Of a stretch of 53,317 nucleotides of DNA, positions 8,503 to 16,235 are shown piece after piece. The position numbers and the translations under genes were made by a program. Numbering within the stretch: the first letter of the stretch is position 1; every line of letters starts with the position of its first letter. The DNA is from an uncultured Eubacteriales bacterium. Lineage in GTDB: Bacteria > Bacillota > Clostridia > Oscillospirales > CAG-272. The notes under the pieces were generated by a model. That model was not told the origin of the DNA. It was given only the letters and a program-made list of their open reading frames with translations, and did not search any database. Location: positions 1 through 53,317 of the forward strand of contig CASTST010000003.1 in assembly GCA_949451655.1 (NCBI GenBank), written 5' to 3'.

Positions 8503-9065
8503 CTCCCGCGGCAAAGGGGTGCCGATGTAATCGGTGGGGGATTGTATACACGAACTGCCGATTTACAGATTATGCAAAATGATAGCAAGGACACTCCCTC
8601 AGTCTCCGCTCCGCGGAGCCAGCCCCCTTTGCACAAGGGGGCCTTTTTGTTTAAATTGGCTTGTGGGACAGCACTCGACACAGCACCACCCAATCATTAA
8701 CCCCTGTGCAAAACTTCAGTTGGCGTAGCTTCTTCCAACTATTAAGCCCCCTTGTGCAAGGGGCAGTCACGCCGCACCATGCCAGACTTAGCCCCCTTGT
8801 GCAAGGGGCGGTCACGCCGCGCCACACCAGACTTAGCCCCCCTTGTGCAAAGGGGGGTGCCGATGTAATCGGCGGGGGGATTGTATACACGAACTGCCGA
8901 TTTGCAGATTATACAAAATGATAGCAAGGACAATCCCTCAGTCGCTCCGCGACAGCTCCCTTTGCACAAGGGAGCCTTTTTGTTTGTACTATACGGAAGT
9001 TCCCTTTGATGGGGGCTTTTTTGTACTTGATTCGTGTTATCTTCCCTATACCGAGGAGGCTTTTT
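8503..9065 (+). repeat. Mosaic repeat cluster: two core elements plus 45-bp tandem A-type units and degenerate E-type hairpins
   Basis: Core copies at 8503-8649 and 8836-8982. Tandem 45-bp units at 8746-8790 and 8791-8835 (GCCCCCTTGTGCAAGGGGC.GTCACGCCGC..). The core architecture is described in the findings. Confidence 0.85.
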
Positions 9066-9136
9066 AAGTTGAAAATAAATTTTATTTCTGCCTTTTGGGT
9101 AAAATAAAAGAAAACGATCCGGGGGGAAAAGACAAA

Positions 9137-9982
9137 ATGCGGGAACGAATTTTATCTGACATTGCAATAAAACGTTTTGAAAAGCATCTGCAAAAGGAAG
9201 AAAAAAGCAAAAATACAATTGAAAAGTATCTGCGGGATGTGCGGGCGTTTATAAGATTTACAGGCAAAAGCAGCATTATCAAGGAAACGGTGATCGCCTA
9301 CAAAACACAGCTGATCCAAAATAACTACGCCGCCCACAGCATCAATTCCATGCTGGCAAGCATCAACAGCCTGTTCTCATTTCTTGGCTGGACGGACTGC
9401 AAGGTGAAATCTATCAAGCTCCAGCGACAAATCTACTGCCCTGAAGAAAAGGAACTGACCAAAGCGGAATATCTACGTCTTGTAAGCACAGCAAATAGCA
9501 GAGGCAACAAACGGCTTGGTCTCATTTTGCAGGCAATCTGCGGCACGGGAATCCGCGTGAGCGAGCTTCCGTTTATCACCGTAGAATCTGTCAAAGCTGG
9601 TGAAGCAGCCGTTTCGCTCAAGGGCAAGATGCGGTCCGTCTTTATTGTGCGAGATCTGCAAAAGAAACTGCTCCGCTATGCAGCAGAGCAGAAAATCAAA
9701 ACAGGATCAATATTTATTACCCGTACCGGCAAACCCATGAGCCGCACAAACATCTGGCGGGAAATGAAAAACCTTTGCATCCAGGCACATGTCAATCCCG
9801 GAAAAGTATTTCCCCATAATCTGCGGCATTTGTTCGCCCGCACCTTTTACGGCATTGAAAAAGATATTGCAAAACTTGCCGACATTCTCGGTCACAGCAG
9901 CATCAATACCACAAGAATCTATATTGTCACCACCGGAAATGAGCACCGCCGCCGCATGGAAAATATGAAGTTGATTTTATGA
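9137..9982 (+). CDS. Tyrosine site-specific recombinase (XerC/D-like integrase family)
   Basis: Catalytic signature GTGIRVSEL (Arg), HNLRHLFA (His-x-x-Arg), GHSSINTTRIY (His ... Tyr). An N-terminal SAM-like domain is present. The start is chosen at the ATG preceded by GGGGGGAAAAG; the ORF track alternative is 9095. Confidence 0.85.
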   Translation: MRERILSDIAIKRFEKHLQKEEKSKNTIEKYLRDVRAFIRFTGKSSIIKETVIAYKTQLIQNNYAAHSINSMLASINSLFSFLGWTDCKVKSIKLQRQIYCPEEKELTKAEYLRLVSTANSRGNKRLGLILQAICGTGIRVSELPFITVESVKAGEAAVSLKGKMRSVFIVRDLQKKLLRYAAEQKIKTGSIFITRTGKPMSRTNIWREMKNLCIQAHVNPGKVFPHNLRHLFARTFYGIEKDIAKLADILGHSSINTTRIYIVTTGNEHRRRMENMKLIL

Positions 9983-10000
9983 AAAAATCACTGAAAAGTC

Positions 10001-10030
10001 ATTTACAACATAAACTGCATTATGTTGTAA
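10001..10030. promoter_or_regulatory. Left lox-like recombination site (IRL)
   Basis: TTTACAACATA-AACTGCAT-TATGTTGTAAA: 11-bp perfectly palindromic arms around an asymmetric 8-bp core. It begins 19 bp after the recombinase stop. Confidence 0.75.
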
Positions 10031-10180
10031 ACAGAACAGAAAGAAGTCGGCATAATTCTATTTATAATTTAAAAACAGACGCAAAAAAAGAATCTCTGCC
10101 ATAAGCCAAAAAATTACTTAGAAGCGAGATTTTACATTCGACATTTTCTTCTTACATACGCTTTTTTATATCAAAATTTA

Positions 10181-10208
10181 TTGCATTTTTTCATGTCTGT
10201 GCTATAAT
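10181..10208 (+). promoter_or_regulatory. Strong sigma-A promoter inside the putative invertible segment, currently facing the polysaccharide operon
   Basis: TTGCAT (10181-10186), 16-bp spacer, TG-C-TATAAT (10200-10208). Confidence 0.7.
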
Positions 10209-10251
10209 AGATTGTGTACAATAGGGTATATATTTCTGAAAGCATTCACCG

Positions 10252-10279
10252 TTACAACATAATGCAGTTTATGTTGCGG
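10252..10279. promoter_or_regulatory. Right lox-like recombination site (IRR), inverted relative to IRL
   Basis: TTACAACATA-ATGCAGTT-TATGTTGCGG. 25 consecutive nt (10252-10276) equal the reverse complement of the 25 nt at 10005-10029 in IRL, so the 8-bp core is flipped. The outer arm degenerates after 7 nt. Confidence 0.75.
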
Positions 10280-10306
10280 ATGCAGGGGAGGAGTGTTCAT
10301 TATAAT

Positions 10307-12598
10307 ATGGGAACCGTATTATTCAAACACAATTCTGACGCATATGAATCGGCACTTGCATTGTTGAAGCGAGAGAAAAAAGCCGCAGTCATTCATCCTA
10401 CAGGAACGGGGAAATCCTTCATCGGTTTCAAGCTGTGCGAGGATCACCCCGATATTACTGTCTGCTGGCTTTCTCCTTCCGAATACATTTTTCAAACCCA
10501 GCTCGAAAATTGGGTGGCAGCAGGCGGTACACAACTTGAAAATATCATTTTTATAACCTACGCCAAATTGATCCTGATGAGCGAAGAAGAACTGAATACC
10601 ATTCACCCCGGATATATCATTCTGGATGAATTTCATCGGGCAGGTTCCGAAATCTGGGGGAGCAGCGTCAAAAAACTGCTTATGCTATATGCAGGCACAC
10701 CGATTCTTGGACTTTCCGCAACCAATATCCGGTATCTTGACAATCAGCGCGATATGGCTGACGAACTGTTCGATGGTCACATCGCCTCAGAAATGACACT
10801 CGGCGAATCCATCGTGCGCGGCATTTTAAACGCGCCCAAATATGTGCTCTCCGTATTTTCCTATCAAAAAGATCTGGAAAGATATAGGGCAAAAATAAAA
10901 CGTTCTAAAAACAAGGCGGTTCGGGATGAAGCAGAGCAGTATCTCGAAGCGCTGCGCCGCGCCCTCGCAAAAGCGGACGGAATGGAGGAAATCTTTCAGA
11001 AACATATGGATGATCCCCATGGGAAATATATCGTTTTCTGCGCAAATGCGGAGCATATGCGGGAAATGATGGACAAAGCAAGCGAGTGGTTTCGTTTGGT
11101 TGACAAAAATCCCAATATATATTCCATGTATTCTGAAGATCCCGCGGCAAGAGCCTCTTTTGCCGCATTCAAAGCAGACAATGATGCTTCTCACCTGCGT
11201 CTGCTTTACTGCATTGACGCTTTGAACGAAGGCATTCATCTTGACGATGTAAGCGGCGTGATACTGCTTCGTCCCACTGTATCGCCTATCGTATATAAGC
11301 AGCAGATAGGACGTGCGCTTTCTGCATCCAAAAAGAAAAACGCAGTGATTTTCGATATTGTAATGAACATCGAAAATCTGTACAGTATCGGCATGTTAGA
11401 GGACGAAATGCAGATTGCAATGACCTACTACCGCTCTCTCGGAAACGGCGAGGCAATTGTAAACGAGCACTTCCGCATCATTGATGAGGTGCGCGACTGC
11501 CGCATGCTGTTTGAAAAGTTGAACGACACGCTTCATGCTTCATGGGACATAATGTATGAAAAAGCAGAGGAATATTTTTCGCAAAAGGGCGACCTTGCCG
11601 TTCCCCATCATTACAAAACAGATGAGGGATATTCACTCGGAAACTGGCTTCAAACGCAAAGAAAGGTCCGCTCCGGCGAGCAATACGGAACGCTGACAGA
11701 AGAACGGATTGAAAAGCTTGATGCAATCGGTATGATATGGGACAGCTACCGGGATCTTTCCTGGGAAAGAAACTTTACAGAAGCAAAAGCATATTATGAG
11801 GCTTTCGGTAATCTGAACGTCAGCATCAACTATGTAACACAAACCGGGCTGCGGCTGGGCGCATGGATTTCCAACCTGCGTGCCGCCAGAAAAAACGGAA
11901 GTCAGAGAAAAGACATTTCAGAACAGCGCATCGAGGCGCTTGACAAAATCGGCATGGTATGGGATATGTCGGATATGCTGTGGAATCAATACTACGGCGC
12001 ATGCCTGACATATTACCGCGAGCATGGCAATCTTGATGTGCCTGCCAGATATGTAACCGGCGACGGGCTGCGGCTGGGCAGTTGGATGATCCACGTCCGT
12101 GCATCATATAAAGGAAAAGGCAAAAATTATAAATTAAGCGATGCGCAGATACAGGCGCTGGACGAGATTGGAATGCTCTGGAATGGAAAGCATGACATGC
12201 TCTGGGAAAAAGGGTTTGAAGAGGCACAGAAATACCGCAGAGCCTTTGGAAATCTTGACGTTCCCACCGGATTCAAGACAGAATCGGGATACGCGCTTGG
12301 CAAATGGATTGCACGTCAAAGAGAAAATACCGGCTTGTCCGAATGCAGAAAAAACAAGCTAAGCAGTATCGGCATGATATGGAAAAAACAGGACTCGTGG
12401 GAAAAGCGCTATACCCTTGCCAAAGCATACTACAAGGAACACGGCAATTTGAATGTTCCTGCCAAATATACAGTCGATGGCATTTGGCTCAACAAATGGC
12501 TGAATGAGCAGCGTCAGATATATCTTGGCAAGCGGGGCAGCAAATGCCTGACCCAGGAACAAATTGCTAAGCTCAGTTCATTAGGTGTGATCCGGTGA
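10307..12598 (+). CDS. SF2 DEAD/DEAH-box (ResIII-like) helicase with five C-terminal helicase-associated (HA) domain repeats
   Basis: Motif I HPTGTGKS, motif II ILDEFH, SAT, motif VI QQIGRALS. Then five units of about 70 aa of the type ...HGNLNVP..Y....G..LG.W...QR........L...QI..L..IGM.W. The start is at the ATG after RBS GGGGAGGAG. Confidence 0.8.
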   Translation: MGTVLFKHNSDAYESALALLKREKKAAVIHPTGTGKSFIGFKLCEDHPDITVCWLSPSEYIFQTQLENWVAAGGTQLENIIFITYAKLILMSEEELNTIHPGYIILDEFHRAGSEIWGSSVKKLLMLYAGTPILGLSATNIRYLDNQRDMADELFDGHIASEMTLGESIVRGILNAPKYVLSVFSYQKDLERYRAKIKRSKNKAVRDEAEQYLEALRRALAKADGMEEIFQKHMDDPHGKYIVFCANAEHMREMMDKASEWFRLVDKNPNIYSMYSEDPAARASFAAFKADNDASHLRLLYCIDALNEGIHLDDVSGVILLRPTVSPIVYKQQIGRALSASKKKNAVIFDIVMNIENLYSIGMLEDEMQIAMTYYRSLGNGEAIVNEHFRIIDEVRDCRMLFEKLNDTLHASWDIMYEKAEEYFSQKGDLAVPHHYKTDEGYSLGNWLQTQRKVRSGEQYGTLTEERIEKLDAIGMIWDSYRDLSWERNFTEAKAYYEAFGNLNVSINYVTQTGLRLGAWISNLRAARKNGSQRKDISEQRIEALDKIGMVWDMSDMLWNQYYGACLTYYREHGNLDVPARYVTGDGLRLGSWMIHVRASYKGKGKNYKLSDAQIQALDEIGMLWNGKHDMLWEKGFEEAQKYRRAFGNLDVPTGFKTESGYALGKWIARQRENTGLSECRKNKLSSIGMIWKKQDSWEKRYTLAKAYYKEHGNLNVPAKYTVDGIWLNKWLNEQRQIYLGKRGSKCLTQEQIAKLSSLGVIR

Positions 12599-12643
12599 AC
12601 TGCACCGGCGAGTTGATATGGTTTAAAAGATAGAGGAGATTCA

Positions 12644-14695
12644 ATGTCTGATCAGAAAAAAATACTCGGTAAAGTGAAAAAGCGCCCTGCATTCGAGCAT
12701 TGGCATTTAATTGCGCTTTATCTGATGATTTATGATTTCTGTGCTGTCAGCGGAGCCTATTTTTTAGCATTGTGGCTGCGTTTTGACTGCCATTTTTCTG
12801 AAATTAAGGTTCAGTATTTATCAGCGTGGGTAAAATTTGCGCCGTTTTATGCGGTGATTTGCTGCGTAGTCTTTTGGATGCTTCGGCTGTACCAAAGCCT
12901 TTGGCGTTTTGCAAGCTTCAATGAACTGCGGCGCGTTTCCCTTGCCTCCATTATAACATCGGCATTTCATACGGTTGCCATTACAATAGTTGTGCGGCGC
13001 ATGCCGATTTCCTATTACATTATAGGCGCAGTGATTCAATTTGTGGCAGTACTGTTTATACGCTTTGCTTACCGGTATATTCTGCTTGAGCGCAGCAAAA
13101 GAACAAGGTCGCAGCAAAAGGCGGCGGCAAGCCGTGTCATGCTCATTGGCGCCGGCGTTGCAGGGCAGATGATCCTTCGCGATCTGCACAGCGCCAAAGA
13201 AGTTAATGAACGGGTATGCTGTATTATTGACGATAACAGAAACAAATGGGGACGGTACATAGACGGCGTGCCGATTGTCGGCGGCAGAGACGACATTCTG
13301 GTGAACGTAAAAAAATATAATATTGAAAAGATTTTCCTTGCCATACCCAGCGCCGCTGCGGAACAAAGACGGGATATTCTGGATATATGCAAAGAAACCA
13401 ATTGCATTTTAAAAAACCTGCCCGGCGTGTTCCAATTTGTTGCAGGCAACATAACAGTGGATTCCATGAAAAACATCACTGTGGAAGATCTGCTGGGGCG
13501 CGAACCGATTCAGGTCAATATGGATGAGATCTACGATTTTATCAAGGATAAAGTCATTCTTGTCACAGGCGGAGGAGGATCCATTGGCAGCGAGCTTTGC
13601 CGACAAATCGCAAAGCATCAGCCGCGCCGGCTTATTATCTTCGATATGTATGAAAACAACGCGCACTCTATCGGTCTTGAGCTTAGAAGGAATTATCCTG
13701 ATCTGAAACTGGAAATATTGATCGGCTCCGTGCGGGACAGCCGCCGGATCGACAGTGTTTTTGCAAAATATAAGCCGGATGTGGTATACCATGCCGCCGC
13801 ACATAAGCATGTTCCGCTGATGGAGGACAGCCCGTGCGAGGCAATCAAGAACAATGCAATCGGCACATATAAGACCGCGTACGCGGCAATGATACACGGC
13901 TGCAAACGCTTTGTGCTGATCTCAACGGATAAAGCGGTAAATCCCACCAATATTATGGGAGCGTCCAAGCGGCTGTGTGAAATGATTATACAGGCATTTG
14001 ACCGAAAAATAAAAGAAGGCAAAGCCTCCGAGCTGAAGCCGTTCCATATTCATGCCGAGGGTACCTATGGAGGCGTATGCAGTTCCGCACAGGAAAACAC
14101 AGCATATCAAACCCGGTTCGTTGCTGTACGTTTTGGTAATGTGCTGGGCAGCAACGGTTCTGTAATTCCCATATTTAAGGATCAAATTGCCAAGGGCGGT
14201 CCTGTCACAGTTACGCATCCCGATATCGTCCGCTATTTTATGACGATTCCCGAAGCTGTTTCCCTTGTGCTCCAGGCAGGCGTTTACGCTTGCAGCGGTG
14301 AGATTTTTGTTCTGGATATGGGCTCTCCGGTCAAAATCGACACACTTGCGAAAAACCTGATCCGACTGTCGGGATTGAAACCGGATGAAGATATCAAAAT
14401 TGTTTACACCGGTCTTCGCAAAGGCGAAAAACTGTACGAAGAAAAGCTGATGGCTGAAGAAGGAATGAATACAACACCGAATCATCTGATTCATATCGGA
14501 AAGCCGATCCCATTTGATACGGATGTTTTTCTGGGGCAGCTGCAGAATCTGATGGTTGCCGCTTACAACGGGCAGGAACGTGATATACATAAGCTCGTAG
14601 CCGAAACTGTGACAACATATCATCCAATAGATGTGCACAGCGCTGACGACCGACAGATAAAAACTGCCGCACCAGCTTTAACCGGTGCAGAATGA
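12644..14695 (+). CDS. capD: Membrane-anchored UDP-sugar 4,6-dehydratase (CapD/PglF/WbpM family, Polysacc_synt_2)
   Basis: Four N-terminal TM segments followed by two Rossmann regions (MLIGAGVAGQ; VTGGGGSIGSEL). The motifs YHAAAHKHVP and STDKAVNPTNIMGASKR are typical of this family. Confidence 0.85.
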   Translation: MSDQKKILGKVKKRPAFEHWHLIALYLMIYDFCAVSGAYFLALWLRFDCHFSEIKVQYLSAWVKFAPFYAVICCVVFWMLRLYQSLWRFASFNELRRVSLASIITSAFHTVAITIVVRRMPISYYIIGAVIQFVAVLFIRFAYRYILLERSKRTRSQQKAAASRVMLIGAGVAGQMILRDLHSAKEVNERVCCIIDDNRNKWGRYIDGVPIVGGRDDILVNVKKYNIEKIFLAIPSAAAEQRRDILDICKETNCILKNLPGVFQFVAGNITVDSMKNITVEDLLGREPIQVNMDEIYDFIKDKVILVTGGGGSIGSELCRQIAKHQPRRLIIFDMYENNAHSIGLELRRNYPDLKLEILIGSVRDSRRIDSVFAKYKPDVVYHAAAHKHVPLMEDSPCEAIKNNAIGTYKTAYAAMIHGCKRFVLISTDKAVNPTNIMGASKRLCEMIIQAFDRKIKEGKASELKPFHIHAEGTYGGVCSSAQENTAYQTRFVAVRFGNVLGSNGSVIPIFKDQIAKGGPVTVTHPDIVRYFMTIPEAVSLVLQAGVYACSGEIFVLDMGSPVKIDTLAKNLIRLSGLKPDEDIKIVYTGLRKGEKLYEEKLMAEEGMNTTPNHLIHIGKPIPFDTDVFLGQLQNLMVAAYNGQERDIHKLVAETVTTYHPIDVHSADDRQIKTAAPALTGAE

Positions 14696-14723
14696 GAACC
14701 TCTGAAAAAAGGAAAGTAAGCAT

Positions 14724-15362
14724 ATGTATGAACGTTTTTTCAAACGGCTGATTGATATTATTCTGGCACTGATCGGCTCAGTTGTACTGCTTCCCGTTTC
14801 ACTGATTATTGCCATTGCAATTTTCATTGATGATCCGGGACCGGTCTTTTTCAAACAGAAAAGATTCGGAAAGAATAAAAAATTTTTCATGCTCCACAAA
14901 TTCAGAAGCATGAAAGTAAAAACGCCTGATATTCCAACACATCTGCTTGAAAATCCCGATCAGTACATAACACGCGTCGGACGCTTTATCCGTAAAACAA
15001 GTCTTGATGAACTTCCGCAGATATATTGCGATATCCTGACCGGAAAAATGAGCATTATCGGTCCGCGTCCTGCCCTCTGGAATCAGGATGATCTGATTGC
15101 AGAACGTGACAAGTACGGTGCAAACAATATAAAACCGGGGCTTACCGGCTGGGCGCAGATCAACGGCAGAGACGAACTGGAGATACCGGTCAAAGCGAGA
15201 CTGGACGGCGAATATGTGGAAAAAATGAGCTTTTTGTTTGACTGCAAGTGTTTTTTTGGAACAGTCAGGGCAATACTGAAATCAGATGGCGTTGTTGAAG
15301 GCGGCACCGGTGAAATAGAGAAGAAAAAGAAGGAACAAGAGAAAGAGGCTGTTGTTAAATGA
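14724..15362 (+). CDS. Initiating undecaprenyl-phosphate sugar-phosphate transferase (small bacterial sugar transferase, PglC/CapM-like)
   Basis: One N-terminal TM segment, then FFKQKRFGKNKKFFMLHKFRSM, DELPQ, IIGPRP, KPGLTGWAQ. The C-terminal tail is K/E-rich. Confidence 0.85.
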   Translation: MYERFFKRLIDIILALIGSVVLLPVSLIIAIAIFIDDPGPVFFKQKRFGKNKKFFMLHKFRSMKVKTPDIPTHLLENPDQYITRVGRFIRKTSLDELPQIYCDILTGKMSIIGPRPALWNQDDLIAERDKYGANNIKPGLTGWAQINGRDELEIPVKARLDGEYVEKMSFLFDCKCFFGTVRAILKSDGVVEGGTGEIEKKKKEQEKEAVVK

Positions 15363-16231
15363 GTGAATTGGTCAGTGTTGTTATTGCTACATATAGACGT
15401 GACTCATTCCTTAGAAAGGCAATTGAGTCCTTAACCTTACAAACATATCCGGCAGTTGAAATTATAGTTGTAGATGATAATGCTGACAGGGAATGGAATG
15501 ATATTGTTTCTTCTATTGTATCTGAATTTTCCAATATTAAGTACATTTGCAACGCTGCAAATATGGGTTCGGCAGAAGCAAGAAATATAGGCATTCATAG
15601 CGCCGACGGTATGTATATTACTTTTTTAGATGACGATGATATATATTTGCCTGAAAAAATTGAACATCAGATAAGCGCAATGCAGAAAAACCATGCGGAT
15701 TTCAGTTTGACCGATCTGTTTTTATACAATGAGGACGGCAAATTGATTGACAGAAGAACCAGAAACTATATTCATTGTTATGATAAAGACAGTTTATTAA
15801 AATACCATCTGATGTACCATATGACAGGCACAGATACGATAATGTTCAAAAAAGAATATCTGCTGCGCATCGGCGGATTTCCCAAAATTGATTTGGGAGA
15901 TGAATTTTATCTCATGTGCAGAGCCATTGAAGGCGGCGGGCACTTTGCCTATATTCCCGGATGTTATGTGAAGGCATATGTACATACGGGGGAAACAGGA
16001 CTGTCATCCGGGCAAAGCAAAATTGACGGTGAAAACGCACTGTTTGCACATAAAAAGACGATGATACAGCAGTGGGACAAAAAAACGCAGCGCTATATCA
16101 GGATGCGACATCACGCCGTGCTCGCCTTCGCATATTTGCGCATGGGAAGCAAAGGAAAAGGAATGATTGAAATATGGAAAGCTGTTTTGTGCAGTCCGGT
16201 AAATTGTATCAAGCTGGCATTAAGCAGGTAA
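15359..16231 (+). CDS. Family 2 glycosyltransferase
   Basis: VSVVIATYRR ... VVDDNA ... FLDDDD (GT-A DxD). The start overlaps the previous stop. Confidence 0.85.
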   Translation: MSELVSVVIATYRRDSFLRKAIESLTLQTYPAVEIIVVDDNADREWNDIVSSIVSEFSNIKYICNAANMGSAEARNIGIHSADGMYITFLDDDDIYLPEKIEHQISAMQKNHADFSLTDLFLYNEDGKLIDRRTRNYIHCYDKDSLLKYHLMYHMTGTDTIMFKKEYLLRIGGFPKIDLGDEFYLMCRAIEGGGHFAYIPGCYVKAYVHTGETGLSSGQSKIDGENALFAHKKTMIQQWDKKTQRYIRMRHHAVLAFAYLRMGSKGKGMIEIWKAVLCSPVNCIKLALSR

Positions 16232-16235
16232 CACT

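Noticed and set aside
8570-8650. Possible small peptide starting at the conserved ATGCAAAATGATAG (MQNDS...) in the core element loop
   Set aside because: The ATG is absent or mutated in several copies (CTGCGAAATGATCG, TGAAATATGATCG). One copy hits a stop after 3 codons. The downstream frames differ. It is not a conserved coding sequence.
8740-8840. CRISPR array hypothesis for the regularly spaced hairpin repeats (also 37884-38014, 44643-44748, 52515-52620)
   Set aside because: The units are only 45-53 bp in total with near-identical spacers, i.e. simple tandem duplications. There are at most 2-3 units per site, they are scattered over many loci, and there are no cas genes and no leader. These are BIME/BOX-like modules rather than CRISPR.
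8466-9218. ORFs spanning the repeat clusters that encode recurring PLCKGG / PLHKGA / APLCTRG peptides (e.g. 8742..9218 minus; similar ones occur at all clusters)
   Set aside because: The recurring peptide is just the translation of the hairpin CCCCCTTTGCACAAGGGGG in either strand. Frames, starts and stops are not conserved between copies.
10054-10083. Second, minus-strand promoter inside the invertible segment (TTGCGT-18-TAGAAT read on the minus strand)
   Set aside because: It has a weaker match with a non-optimal spacer in a very AT-rich stretch where such hexamers arise by chance. I keep it only as a caveat: if real, the OFF orientation might not be fully silent.
10214-10306. Upstream extension of the helicase ORF (MYNRVYISESIHRYNIMQFMLRMQGRSVHYN)
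   Set aside because: It runs from the promoter -10 region across the right recombination site and the GGGGAGGAG RBS. The conserved helicase sequence starts at the ATG at 10307.
13922-14638. 238-aa minus-strand ORF (and similar ones at 27947..28663, 28258..28818, 30158..30805, 32428..32943, 38661..39275)
   Set aside because: Each is antisense to, or out of frame with, a strongly supported enzyme gene (capD, fnlA, fnlB, fnlC, ogg). They have no RBS or motif support.
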